Assembly: GCA_030141605.1 (NCBI GenBank) | Contig: JAQGDQ010000963.1 | Location: 1-64,000 of the forward strand | DNA length: 64,000 nt | Direction of reading: 5' to 3' | Source of the DNA: Tubiluchus corallicola | Lineage: Eukaryota > Animalia > Priapulida | In this document: piece after piece, positions 1-53,029 of the stretch | Numbering within the stretch: the stretch's first letter is position 1 | How the letters are laid out: the number at the start of each line of letters is the position of its first letter | Program-made: the position numbers and the translations under genes | Notes under the pieces: model-generated | Databases searched by the model: none | What the model saw: only the letters and a program-made list of their open reading frames with translations | What the model was told of the DNA's origin: nothing

Positions 1-1974
1 AAATGTTTGGTAGCTTCTGTGTGCGTGCAGACAAAACTCAGTGTGCATAGAGGTGCCTATCACAGTGTAGGCCTACAGGGACCACACACAGTCACAGGCT
101 CTACACACAGGTCAACAGGTCTGAGTGCACAGCTATAGGACGCTGGTGTAGCAGCGGTACCATGCTGAAATTTGAGACTTTTTGAAAACTTTAGACTTTT
201 TTGTCCAAGGAAGTATCGTTCCACATTTCATTTGACATTATTTTCTGCGTATTATTTTCTTAAAACTTGTGTGTGATAAATTTCTGTAAATAACAATTTA
301 GTTAGAGGCACATTAATAACGTTAGGTTAACTGAGAGTTAATTTTCTCATTATTGCTCTGTCATCTACGCCGTCCTACACACATGCTAATTATAGGCCTG
401 CATGCAGTATAATAGGGGTTAAAATTGGCTTAACCATTATTTAACCACTTCGGATACCTTGCCCTCCCAGAAAATTTTTGCGCTGGGTTGCTATAGCAAC
501 CGCAAAGCAAAATTTTTATTCAATAGCCTGTTTCAAATTCTTCGACTATTTCAAATTCAGATAATGAAAAAAACAAAACTTTGTTCTTATACGATTCAGT
601 TTTACCTTGCTATTCATTTGCGTTAATTTATAGCTAACAAAAATGATTTAAATAAATTACATTAGTTTAAGAAAGTAAAATCTGAAAATTTAATTTTTTT
701 AAACTATATTTTTCGTATTATATTTCTTTTAAGGTCAAGGACTTAAAATGAAGCATTTTTAACAATAAACATTAGCATGATTGTATGATTTTATGCTTCG
801 ATCATACTATCTTCAATGTGTATTTAGTAATCATTGAAATAGTTTAGATTTAAGAGAGCCCTGTTCTGCAAATATGTAAACTTTCAGTTAACAAAAATGT
901 TTTAAATAAATTATAATAATCTGGGAATATTTTTTAAGAAGCAATATTTAAAAATTTCAAATTTAAATTTAAAAAAAATTAATTTAAATTTTCTTAAAAT
1001 GAAACGTTTTAGTCATAAAACATCAGCATGTTTGCATGACATGTTTCGATAATATTACCTTCCCTGTGTATCTAAACTGTAAAAGTAACTGTTAATCACC
1101 GAAACAGTTTACATTTAAGAACACCCTGCTGTGTAAATATGTAAAGTTCCAGCTAACAAAAGTGTTTGGAATAAATTCTGATCAGCTCAACTCAAATCAA
1201 TCTATTTATATCTGACGTAAATAACAAACATATTAGCATACAAGTAAAATTACGAGTATATATTAGTAAAAAAAAACCACCTAAATGGGACGGGGTGGCG
1301 AAAACGTGACGTTACCGAATTAGACACCCCTAATAGTTTATGAGCATACTACACGTGGGACGAAAAGTAAAAAAATCGGTTACCTTCACGTAACATGGGA
1401 TTCATCTAATAAACACCCAAAATAGCACTACAGATTTATGCCATGTAGTTGCCTGTGTCCGCCATGTTGAAAGTTTTAAAACTATTTTATTACCTCACAA
1501 GTTTGTACGAATATAACAACAGTCGGTAATAATAGTATAAAATACTTACACCCGAGTCTTCTAAATAACATTATTCAAGTAAAAAACATAAATGACAATA
1601 ATAATTCACACAGTACAATAATAATATTAACACTTTACACTACAAAAAAGGGAAGACGCCATTCTTACAGCCGCTCAAGCAAAAAGCAGGCTGTACCTCG
1701 CTTGTCACGCGCCTTTATACCTGGCGTGGCTTCGTCCACTCTGAGCAACAAAAGTGGTGTTGTTATCTGTGATACTTCCTGTTCCCTGTAATAGAATGTG
1801 ATGCACAGAGCAGGTCTGCTTGTAGAGTCGGCATTGTTTAGTAGTAATCTTAAGCTAACGTGTTTAGTTCAATACAAAAGTTTTATCAACTGTTAATGCC
1901 TATGTGGGCCGAAAATGAGTCTTATTCGTTAACCACCTTCCCACTTACTCTACCAGGCCCCGATGTTTCATTCC

Positions 1975-2295
1975 CATTTCCTCTTTCTCTATTTCTCTCC
2001 CCCTCTCTCTTTGTCTCTCCATTTTATTCTTTCTCTTCCTTTCTCTTTGTCACTCTCTCCTTTAATCCTCTCTACTCCCTCTCTGTGTGCGCCTACTTTC
2101 CCTCTCTTTTTCTCTCACCCTCTCTTTGTCTCTCTCACCTTCTCTACTTTATCTCTCTCATTTTCTTTCTCCCTCTCTCTTGCACCTTCACTTTTCCCTT
2201 CGTCTTTCGCCATTCTCCTCTCTCTCTCTCTCTCTCGCTTTCTCTCTCTCTCTTTCCCACTCTTTTTCTGGTTTTTAATTTTTTTCTCTTTATTT
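1975..2295. repeat. Degenerate CT-rich polypyrimidine tract
   Basis: Direct inspection. Confidence 0.9.
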
Positions 2296-3092
2296 CTGTG
2301 AGCTTGAACTGTTGTGTGTATGTGTGTTATTGAAAATTATGTTAGTTTGTGACGTCGTTAAAAAGTGGGGTCGATCACCGTTAATTAAGTTTTTAATCTA
2401 TTGTTTAATTATCAGAAACACTTTTGTAACAAGGATTGTGTTAAAATATATTCTTTTTATCCTACTTGATAATGGGGTAGTATATGAAAAATCATCGTGT
2501 CTTTCTTTAAGCTCATTATTTACTCTTATAAGCAAATAAAACTGTTTTACAGCTAAGTTTAAAAATGCATAAAAGTTTATTAAGTTATAAAAATCGTTAT
2601 TAAAACAATCACGAGTATTGTGCAGTGTGACTATGACACAGACGCTACTGACATCACGAGGACGTTTTACAAAGTCACTCAGATCTAGAAAGTAATGCAT
2701 GGTTATTGTCTAATGAAAAAACAAAATTTACTGCCCTTAACTCCTTCCTGACGGGCACATATTACCCCCGTCATCTGTGACGGCAAAATTATAGTAACGG
2801 AGTTGGCCGCTAAGTGGCAGCACATTACAACAACTCTCATTTACAAATTCCCTTGGTAATCACATAAACAACATTATCAAACAATTCAAACTGTAAGTTC
2901 TATAAACGTTCACTAGAAAGAAAACCAATGTAAGCTATCACTACGAGGTTTTCAATGGTTTATTACGAAAGTGATGGTTATCGCCATAAATACCGTAAAA
3001 CTACTTCAAAACTACACTAAATGCTATCACAAAAGCTTGGGATTTATCAACCTCTACCCGACAAAACCAAATCTTCCAGAACGACAATATTT

Positions 3093-3410
3093 AGTATAAT
3101 ATAATACAATATAATATAATATGATATGATATGATATGATATGATATGATATGATATGATATGATATGATATGATATGATATGGTATGGTATGGTATGGT
3201 ATGGTATGGTATGGTATGGTATGGTATGGTATGGTATAGTGTAGTGTAGTGTAGTATAGTATAGTATAGTATAGTATAGTATAGTATAGTATAGTATAGT
3301 ATAGTATAGTATAGTATAGTATAGTATAGTATAGTATAGTATAGTATAGTATAGTATAGTATAGTATAACATAACATAACATAACATAACATAACATAAC
3401 ATAATATAAT
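3093..3410. repeat. Compound pentanucleotide microsatellite (ATATG/GTATG/GTATA/ACATA)
   Basis: Direct inspection. Confidence 0.95.
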
Positions 3411-4299
3411 ACAGTGGGACACTCCGCTTTCTCCCAATAATCTGGAATTATGGCGTGAGGCTGTGCAAATTATGAAATATATACAGGATGTAAGTGTGCG
3501 TAGATACATTTCTACCCATGACCCACAGTATGTGCTGATCTGCATCTCTCTCTGATGCATCTCAAAAGGCATATTACTATGTTACTCTATCTTCGGGTCT
3601 GTGATCGAACTTCTCTGGTTATCCAATGCAACTTCCTGTTCGCAAAGACGAGAGTGGTACCCCTGAGTGTGTCTGTAAGTGTTACAATGACGTGTTGAGT
3701 TGTGACAAGGTTTCAGGGGTTCTCTAAAAAAGTATTTTTGGACAGGATTCGGAATGTACACAACCACGTTTGTGTTCAATGCGAGGTTACAAAGTTTTTT
3801 TCAAAAAAGGTTATAAATCCTCAACCAACGGCCCAAATTGCTTGAAACACGGATGCAGACTATACCGGGTCCAGACCCATCATACGTGAAGTATTGACAT
3901 AGTAGAGAAATTTTAATAGCGACATTTTTGTTAGGTGAGCGAAAGCACTTTTATTAAAGGATAAGCTATTAACATAGTAGAAAAGTTCATTACTTTCTTG
4001 AGCGAGAATTCTTACACAAAGATGAAGGAACTTTGAAATGATCACACTAAAGGTGAAAATCTGGAAAACGTTTACATAATCATAAAAGCGTAATTATAAG
4101 TCCGTGTTAGATCTGTGTGATCCGTGATCTCCATGTCGGCAGCCTGCTTTGCCTTATATAGCGCACTGCCGAAACTTCTCGACCAAATGTTTGAGAACAA
4201 TCCAGACACTAATTAGACGCTAAGGCGATCATTCTTACGGAACATTCTACGATGTTCTGTGCAATTCTACTTGACGTCAGCGATCTCCGCAACAAAACT

Positions 4300-4618
4300 G
4301 TGTCTTCATCATTCCTGATGTTTGATTAGCACTCTTCACCACATAGCACACTGGTTTGCAGATTTCAAATCATCAGTTATTGACACCCAAATCCTTTTCT
4401 TGTCTAATGGATGCCAACTGAAGTCCATTCCATGTAATACCTTTTACAAGGGTTGTTGTATCCAAATGCGGATGACCTTGCATTTATCGGCATTAAAAAT
4501 TATCTGCCAATCCACAATCTACCTGCATGACTCGTCGATATCACTTTGCAACTCACTAGCTTCATGCTCAGATGGTACCTGCCTATAAATTTTTGTGTTC
4601 ATCGGAAAACAAAAATAC
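4300..4618 (-). mobile_element. CR1/L2-clade LINE reverse transcriptase fragment
   Basis: Degraded translation LQSDID...WQIIFNADKCKV...EKDLGV..TDDLK...KSAN typical of the CR1 RT C-terminus. Confidence 0.8.
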
Positions 4619-5557
4619 CTTAATTATTAACCATTATGAACTAAAACTTTACTTTGTAGCACACTTTACAAGATATTATAACAAACATATGACTCATATT
4701 GAACAACAATATTCCCTCTCCTATCCCATTTTGAGGAATAGCTCAAACAGCAATGGTATTTCTATTGAACTAAATTATATTATATGGAGTCTACTTAGCA
4801 AGCTGATGCGGATGTGATGAATGTAAAAAATGGGGCACGGCTTTCTAGCACAAGAAATTCTACCTTTAAGACAGCTCAGTAACTGCTTCAGTTTTCAATT
4901 GTTAATTCCAAAAGCTACAAACGATTAAACTGGAATGAAGTGTGACACCAACGTGCCCTGTACATCAGCCAACAATTGCCCACTCAATATCACAAAGGAA
5001 CAAAGTACTATTTGTGGTTTTCAATGTGCATTTAGAAACGAGTAAATTTTTATAAGCTTGCCATAAGAACAGAATGGGTGAACATTGAACATTCGAGTTC
5101 AAACTCGACTCGAACGCAAATTTATAGATTCGAATGATTCAGCACTTCAGTCACATATGTTCTTTATCACTAAAAAAATTGAAAAAACGTGTAATTCGTA
5201 TAATATAGTCATTTTCTCTTTTGCTTTTTTGAAGTAGCGTACATCCATGTAAGAAGTGTGGTAGAATTTTTGTATATCAGCATCTTATATTAGTGTTCTA
5301 ACTAGTGGCGTGTTATGCAGGCCTAGCAAACGTAATTATCACATCTTGCAGCGTTTTTAAAATGACTCAAAAAGCTTTGAATAGCAGAGTGACAAAAATG
5401 TTTGAAACATGTTTTGCTGCTAATCTTGTGAATTGATTACAAAACGACAGTATGGGGTTCAAATTGCTACATGTGCATCATTTTAAAGCTTACAAATAAA
5501 TATTTTCAAAGACGATTTCACAAAAGTCATCAAAACGATTATCATAAACAACATAAA

Positions 5558-5921
5558 TATGGGTGAGCATTCTGAACTAGAAAGCAAGTTCGAATCGAAT
5601 CGAATTTATCTATTTCGAATTCAAATTGAAACGATTTTCTGTATTTTGAATCCCAACAAAATTTGAAACATTTTTAAACAAGTTTTCAAACCACTAATGA
5701 AAAGTGGACTCACAAAGGTCAAGCATATTACTTGATTTTGTACTGCCGTAAAACTGCTATTAGTTTGTTTAAAAAAATTCAGAGAAACGGCAGCTAGATT
5801 GTGATATTCAACGTTTGTGGCTGAAGTGCTGAATTATTCGAACTTGTGATTTTAGATTCGCAATTAGTTCTAACCAGAAAACTCGTTCGAATCGTTTTCG
5901 AACTTCGATGCTCACCCCCTA
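5558..5921. mobile_element. hAT-like MITE family rich in TTCGAA motifs
   Basis: GGGTGAGCAT...ATGCTCACCC termini; relatives near 5075-5160, 12000-12790, 39610-39980 and 44059-44952. Confidence 0.65.
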
Positions 5922-6224
5922 ATCATAAACTCATGCGTTTAAATCTATTGTGTAAGCTCATAACTTATAACCAGGTTAAAGTACAATAAAGCCAAGGTGA
6001 ATAAAAGTTTGTAGCTATCACCAACGGTGCGCTACTTTCGGAGAAGTTATGTTTACGATTGCAAAGCATGGTCTGAGAGTGATTACGTTTTTCGTGATTT
6101 GTTGGTTTTTTGAAAATATTTTAAAACCTAACCAATTTTATGCATTTAGTAAATAAATTAGTAAAGCGAAAAGAGGTTTATTCTACGCTGCTTAACAGTT
6201 TTAATACTTTCTGAAGTTTTCAAA

Positions 6225-45542
<39,318 letters not shown>

Positions 45543-45765
45543 GTAAGTCTACATTGTTATTCGCATCTCGGTGTCGTCTAGTTGTGTGTCTCTGTATTAC
45601 ATAGTTTAAGAAACGTCAACCGACCCAGAGGGGGGTAGGGGCGTCCACTTTGCAATGACCAATCACTATCAGTTCTCTTGCTGTTGGCAAGACCAGCTTT
45701 ACCACTAGGCAAACTGGACAGTGGCTTAGGGCACCAAATTCTGGAAGCAATTCTTTCATTGTTAA

Positions 45766-46222
45766 CCCTTTCAGTCCCAAATTATTTTTTTAATAAGAAA
45801 AAATTTTTGGCTTGGTACTTTTGTTCAGTATGTCCATCTTGTTTACACATAATAATTATTTTTTCTACCTGTGCCCGCGTGCTAAATATAGCCTGTATCC
45901 CACGGGATACATTGGGATTCAATGGAAGCATAAAATGTGCTTCATTTTGCAACTGCTGATAATTTTTTAAAGTATTTAAGACATTTAGTATGCACGCTAT
46001 GCTGATCTGTACAAAGTCGTCTCTAAAGTACTGTACCTTACACAGTTTTTTATGCTATGTAGATTTTCTAGTTTGCCATTTTATCACCATTTTAGTCTAT
46101 TGTTATTGGCTTAAATCAAAATAACTATTAACAGATCAAACAACTGTCATTTTTAAAATTTTATTAATTTTAAAGGCAGAAAATATTCTCGTATCCCACG
46201 GCATACAACGAGTATGAAAGGG
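45766..46222. mobile_element. piggyBac-like MITE, longer copy
   Basis: TTAA flanks, CCCTTTCA termini, near-identical to 6694-7045 plus extra internal sequence. Confidence 0.85.
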
Positions 46223-46597
46223 TTAAATGTAGTATAAGTAATTGCTTAGTTTGTGTGTATTTTTTTCAAGTGCGCAATACTAACTTAATAAAATGAACAT
46301 GTTGCGTTCTCTTGCTGCCGACGCGCATGATTCATCGATGCCAGTAATAGCCTTACCGTCGCAAATCACTTTCTGCTTCTTCTTCATCTAGCTTCCTGAG
46401 ATAACATCATTTCGCGCGGACATTACGAACGCGTTATTTTTATCATTTATAGTTAAAACATCTCGACTTTATTAAAACTTTTAACGTACATAGTCAAAAG
46501 TCACATCGAACGATTTGACAGAGCTATTGGTGTCATCAGTGGTCAATTTTTTCAAACATATAAGCAATTTATGTAGGCAGAGCCTACACTATAGAAC

Positions 46598-48945
46598 ATT
46601 ATGCACTAATTATGTATCTAACAGAAGCCATATAGGTAATGATTAAGCAGACCAGTAGATAAGAAATTGATACAGTAAATTATGCACTAATTATGTATTT
46701 AACAGAAGCCAAATATGTAATGAATAAGCAGACCAGTAGATAAGAAATTGATATAGTAAATTATGCACTAATTATGTATTTACAAAAAGCCAAATAGGTA
46801 GTGAATAAGCAGACCAGTAGATAAGAAATTGATACAGTAAATTATGCACTAATTATGTATTTAACAGAAGCCAAATAGGTAATGAATAAGCAGACCAGTA
46901 GAAAAGAAATTGATATAGTAAATTATGCACTAATTATGTATTTAACAGAAGCCAAATAGGTAATGAATAAGCAGACCTGTAGAAAAGAAATTGATATAGT
47001 AAATTATGCACTAATTATGTATTTAACAGAAGCCAAATAGGTAATGAATAAGCAGACCTGTAGATAAGAAATTGATACAGTAAATTATGCACTAATTATG
47101 TATTTAACAGAAGCCAAATATGTAATGAATAAGCAGACCAGTAGAAAAGAAATTGATACAGTAAATTATGCACTAATTATGTATTTAACAGAAGCCAAAT
47201 AGGTAATGATTAAGCAGACCTGTAGAAAAGAAATTGATACAGTAAATTATGCACTAATTATGTATTTAACAGAAGCCAAATAGGTAATGAATAAGCAGAC
47301 CAGTAGAAAAGAAATTGATACAGTAAATTATGCACTAATTATGTATTTAACAGAAGCCAAATAGGTAATGAATAAGCAGACCAGTAGAAAAGAAATTGAT
47401 ACAGTAAATTATGCACTAATTATGTATTTAACAGAAGCCAAATAGGTAATGATTAAGCAGACCAGTAGAAAAGAAATTGATACAGTAAATTATGCACTAT
47501 GTAAAGAAATTGATACAGTAAATTATGCACTAATTATGTATTTAACAGAAGCCAAATAGGTAATGAATAAGCAGACCAGTAGAAAAGAAATTGATATAGT
47601 AAATTATGCACTAATTATGTATTTAACAGAAGCCAAATAGGTAATGAATAAGCAGACCAGTAGATAAGAAATTGATACAGTAAATTATGCACTAATTATG
47701 TATTTAACAGAAGCCAAATAGGTAATGAATAAGCAGACCAGTAGATAAGAAATTGATATAGTAAATTATGCACTAATTATGTATTTACAAAAAGCCAAAT
47801 AGGTAATGAATAAGCAGACCAGTAGATAAGAAATTGATACAGTAAATTATGCACTAATTATGTATTTAACAGAAGCCAAATAGGTAATGAATAAGCACAC
47901 AAGTAGAAAAGAAATTGATATAGTAAATTATGCACTAATTATGTATTTAACAGAAGCCAAATAGGTAATGAATAAGCAGACCAGTAGATAAGAAATTGAT
48001 ACAGTAAATTATGCACTAATTATGTATTTACAAAAAGCCAAATAGGTAATGAATAAGCAGACCTGTAGAAAAGAAATTGATATAGTAAATTATGCACTAA
48101 TTATGTATTTAACAGAAGCCAAATAGGTAATGAATAAGCAGACCTGTAGATAAGAAATTGATACAGTAAATTATGCACTAATTATGTATTTAACAGAAGC
48201 CAAATAGGTAATGAATAAGCAGACCAGTAGAAAAGAAATTGATACAGTAAATTATGCACTAATTATGTATTTAACAGAAGCCAAATAGGTAATGAATAAG
48301 CAGACCAGTAGATAAGAAATTGATACAGTAAATTATGCACTAATTATGTATTTAACAGAAGCCAAATAGGTAATGAATAAGCAGACCAGTAGATAAGAAA
48401 TTGATATAGTAAATTACGCACTAATTATGTATTTACAAAAAGCCAAATAGGTAATGAATAAGCAGACCAGTAGAAAAGAAATTGATACAGTAAATTATGC
48501 ACTAATTATGTATTTAACAGAAGCCAAATAGGTAATGATTAAGCAGACCTGAAGAAAAGAAATTGATACAGTAAATTATGCACTAATTACATATTTAACA
48601 GAAGCCAAATAGGTAATGATTAAGCAGACCAGTAGAAAAGAAATTGATACAGTAAATTATGCACTAATTACATATTTAACAGAAGCCAAATAGATAATGA
48701 TTAAGCAGATCAGTAGAAAAGAAATTGATACAGTAAATTATGCACTAATTATGTATTTAACAGAAGCCAAATAGGTAATGAATAAGCAGACCAGTAGAAA
48801 AGAAATTGATACAGTAAATTATGCACTAATTATGTATTTACAAAAAGCCAAATAGGTAATGAATAAGCAGACCAGTAGAAAAGAAATTGATACAGTAAAT
48901 TATGCACTAATTATGTATTTAACAGAAGCCAAATGGATAATGATT
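46598..48945. repeat. 81-bp AT-rich satellite x ~29
   Basis: Unit taaattatgcactaattatgtatttaacagaagcc...aattgatacag, period 81. Confidence 0.95.
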
Positions 48946-48974
48946 CAGCGTAATATTGCTATAAAGTGATATAT

Positions 48975-50191
48975 AATGAACATACTTATATATGTCAGGT
49001 GTACATTACGCCAAGAATGAACATACTTATATATGTCAGGTGTACATTATGCCAAGAATGAACATACTTATATATGTCAGGTGTACATTACGCCAAGAAT
49101 GAACATACTTATATATGATATGTCAGGTGTACATTATGCCAAGAATGAACAAACTTATATATGTCAGGTGTACATTACGCCAAGAATGAACATACTTGTA
49201 TATGTCAGGTGTACATTACGCCAAGAATGAACATACTTGTATATGTCAGGTGTACATTATGCCAAGAATGAACATACTTATATATGTCAGGTGTACATTA
49301 TGCCAAGAATGAACATACTTATATATGTCAGGTGTACATTACGCCAAGAATGAACATACTTGTATATGTCAGGTGTACATTACGCCAAGAATGAACATAC
49401 TTATATATGTCAGGTGTACATTATACCAAGAATGAACATACTTATATATGTCAGGTGTACATTACGCCAAGAATGAACATACTTGTATATGTCAGGTGTA
49501 CATTACGCCAAGAATGAACATACTTATATATGTCAGGTGTACATTATACCAAGAATGAACATACTTATATATGTCAGGTGTACATTACGCCAAGAATGAA
49601 CATACTTGTATATGTCAGGTGTACATTATGCCAAGAATGAACATACTTATATATGTCAGGTGACATTACGCCAAGAATGAACATACTTATATATGTCAGG
49701 TGTACATTACGCCAAGAATGAACATACTTGTATATGTCAGGTGTACATTATGCCAAGAATGAACATACGTATATATGTCAGGTGTACATTACACCAAGAA
49801 TGAACAAACTTATATATGTCAGGTGTACATTATGCCAAGAATGAACATACTTATATATGTCAGGTGTACATTATGCCAAGAATGAACATACTTATATATG
49901 TCAGGTGTACATTACGCCAAGAATGAACAAACTTATATATGTCAGGTGTACATTATGCCAAGAATGAACATACTTATATATGTCAGGTGTACATTATGCC
50001 AAGAATGAACATACTTATATATGTCAGGTGTACATTACGCCAAGAATGAACAAACTTATATATGTCAGGTGTACATTATGCCAAGAATGAACATACTTAT
50101 ATATGTCAGGTGTACATTATGCCAAGAATGAACATACTTATATATGTCAGGTGTACATTACGCCAAGAATGAACAAACTTATATATGTCAG
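48975..50191. repeat. 41-bp minisatellite x ~30
   Basis: Unit aatgaacatacttatatatgtcaggtgtacatta(c/t)gccaag. Confidence 0.95.
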
Positions 50192-52827
50192 GCCCATTCG
50201 TTCTTGCTGGCTGATAGTTTCATTGTAAAGTTGCAAGACATCAGTTTGACTTTCGAGTCGTTTAAACAGAGAATGCAGGCGCCCTAACGCAAGAGGCTTT
50301 CCTTCAGGTAAATCTTTAGGAGGGGTACCACCTTTCCACATCCATTTTACATAGTAACGACCATCTTTGAAATGGATGTTTTCGTTGAACTCCTTCAATG
50401 CTAGATCATCATCAGCGATAGTAGGGTCATCTTTAATTCCCAAGTTTTCCAGCTCCCAGTTTGGTTCTGTTGGTTTTGTTGAAATTCGAGATTCAAATTT
50501 TTCCGCACTTTCTATCACCGGAGAATTAGAGTTCACTGGTTCGGCTGACACACATAGGCCCATACAAGATGTCTCATCCACATAAGCTTCGTCAGAATTA
50601 GGAATTGTGCATCCACAAAGTAACCTCCCAAGCTTTGACCACCACAAGTATATTGAAGGTGCAAGGCAGATTTGAACATTTTCTACCAAGTCGCAATATC
50701 CGTTTCCAAGTCCAAATAGGCACTTTCTTTCCAAATGCTAGAAAACACATCGCTGAATTATGATTATCAGCTTGACAATGAAAGCATGGTTTAGAAAGTG
50801 AATGTGACGATGTAGTGCAATGCACTTTTAGACAAACAGTGCACAAGCCCAATTGTGTGGCTCTATTTTTTCGTGAAGGAATATCTGGAAACTTCTGACA
50901 TCTATCTGCCCAATGAGACTGTCCACAGAATATGCATTTACTTCGCTGCTGCTTTCTTACTATTACCATGGGCATTGGAATCAGCTAGTAAAGTGTGGGC
51001 TGCAGACTGGATACCAGACTTTGAGACTGTTGGTTTTTGTTCTGTTTTGCTCAGTCCTTGACCACCGGGTATTGGAATCAGCTAGTAAAGCATGGGCTGC
51101 AGACTGGATACCAGACTTTGAGACTGTTGGTTTTTGTTCTGTTTTGCTCAGTCCTTGACCACCGGGCATTGGAATCAGCTAGTAAAGCGTGGGCTGCAGA
51201 CTGGATACCAGACTTTGACACTGTTGGTCTTTGTTCTGTTTTGCTCAGTCCTTGACCACCCAAGGTTCGAGCATCGATTTCAGTCTTAATCATCTGCTTT
51301 AAGGAATCCAGTGTCAATTCCCTGCATTCATTTCGCCGAGCTAAATCTGTTCGCACGCATAGAGGAAGTTTTGAATACAGCAGTGCTGGAAACATTGTCC
51401 GTACGCTAATCTCACCCAGTGATTGTAAAGCACGAAAATGCAACATACAAGCATCATGGACTTCCTGTAGTCCTATTATTGTGTCAGGAGCTTCCTTCAT
51501 TTGGAACAATTTGAGAAAATGCTCTTGACGGACTAATTCTGGTTAATCATAGCATTCAGTTAACAGCTCTGCCATATGTCTGTAGCCTTCTGCCGTGGGT
51601 TGAAGTCCTTCAACTGTTGTCTTTGCCCTGCCTTCTAGAAAACTTAGCAAATAATTTGCGTTATGTATTAGTGAAAGATCATCTCTCTCATGCACAGCAG
51701 ATTTGAAGGCACCCCAGAAAAAGTTCCATCGCATGGGGTCCCCTTTAAATTTCTCAATGTGCAGTTGAGGAAGTTTTGCTTTGCAACGTCGTCTTACAGA
51801 TGTAGCTGCTGAATTAACAGTGACACGGTCATCGTCATTGCTGTCATCATCCTCAGTAGCTGACGTATTTAACGCTTGACGTGAACCATATGCCTGAGAC
51901 ACAGGTGGCTGAACTACTGTTGGTTTTGTTTCTCTTTCTAGCTCCAACTTCTCTTGAATCAGCATACGAGATGCATCGACTTGCTCAACAAAAGTTTGGA
52001 GTTGATCCAGTAAAGGAAAACTTTCCACTCACAGAGCCTCCTTCTCCATCTCATCATCTTTTGTCTCTATTAATTCATCGAAATGTTTTGTTAGTTCAGA
52101 GAAGTACCTTTTTATGGATGTTTGTGCTCCTTCTACAGCTGCTCTATGCTGAACAAAGGTTTCCTCTGTTGCCAAAAAAGGATTATTGTCACCAAGAACT
52201 TGCTGCACATGCTTAGTCAGTTGCTCAACTACTGATATTAGCTTTTTCTTCTTCTGCGCTCTGGTATCCACTGGCATTTTGCCTTACACTGCAAATAGAA
52301 CCTTTACAAAACAGCATGCAAGTGCAAAGCCCTCCCCCGCACAAGGTAAAGGTAAAGGCAACAATATAATACTGTGTTTGATTGAAAATGTCAAAATGCT
52401 ATAGCAGGCAAACAGGTAGATACCACATAGAAGAGGGTAAAAGGAAAAAGAATTTACTGTGGATCAGAAATCAGCATAATGAAAATCATTTTACTCATTG
52501 TCCTTCTAAATGTTACAGCATACCCAAGTAGTAGTGGGCACTGGCACCAATGTGAAAAAGGGACAGTCAATATATGTAGCAACAAACCAAACTGCTTTAG
52601 TGACACAAACACTTTATTATTGACTGTCTTTTCTGTACACTATGTTGTGACTACTAGATTAAAACCTGTAACAGCTCAAATCAGTTGAAACTGGTTAACC
52701 TTGGGCAATGCATGTCAGAAACCAGTCAGGTGAGAAAATGATTCACTGTAGTCTAACTTGCTGTAAAGTTGTAATGTTGCTAAAATTTATAAAGTTCATA
52801 AACAAACTCGTGAATCAGTTCACGACA
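50191..52827 (-). mobile_element. BEL/Pao LTR retrotransposon, defective (5' LTR 52551-52827, PBS, gag with stops, deleted protease region, truncated at RT start)
   Basis: LTR TGT...ACA followed by TTGGTGCCAG PBS; gag motif KLPQLHIEKFKGDPMRWNFFWGAFKSAVH; three Zn knuckles (CIFC..HWADRC, CTVC, CFHC..HNSAMC); SKLGRLLCG, WELENLGI, DGRYYVKWMWK, ALGRLHSL typical of BEL/Pao pol. Confidence 0.92.
50970..51260. repeat. ~97-bp triplication inside BEL gag linker
   Basis: Three copies of gg(c/t)attggaatcagctagtaaag...cagtccttgaccacc. Confidence 0.85.
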
Positions 52828-53029
52828 AATGATGAACATGTGACTTGTTATTGTAAGGAGTGTTTCAGGGCACTGCAATACTGTATTTTTCACTCTGTTG
52901 GCCAATTAATGTTTAGATACATGTAATCTAGGACAAAGTTCTCTTGTGTATGCTTAGTCATAAAAAAATAATAACATATGAACTGCTAAAGATAGGTAGA
53001 TTACGCATAGTTTTATAACTACGTATAAC

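Noticed and set aside
1-1475. Possible divergent minus-strand gene (CAACATGGCG near 1465, donor-like AAG|GTAACC near 1383, acceptor-like site near 164)
   Set aside because: The ATGGCG frame stops after 9 codons and the putative exon at 1-163 has stops in all three frames; a 5' UTR cannot be excluded but is unsupported.
46598-50191. CRISPR-like look of the regular 81-bp and 41-bp arrays (also the 34-, 86- and 120-bp arrays)
   Set aside because: No unique spacers, no cas genes, eukaryotic intron context.
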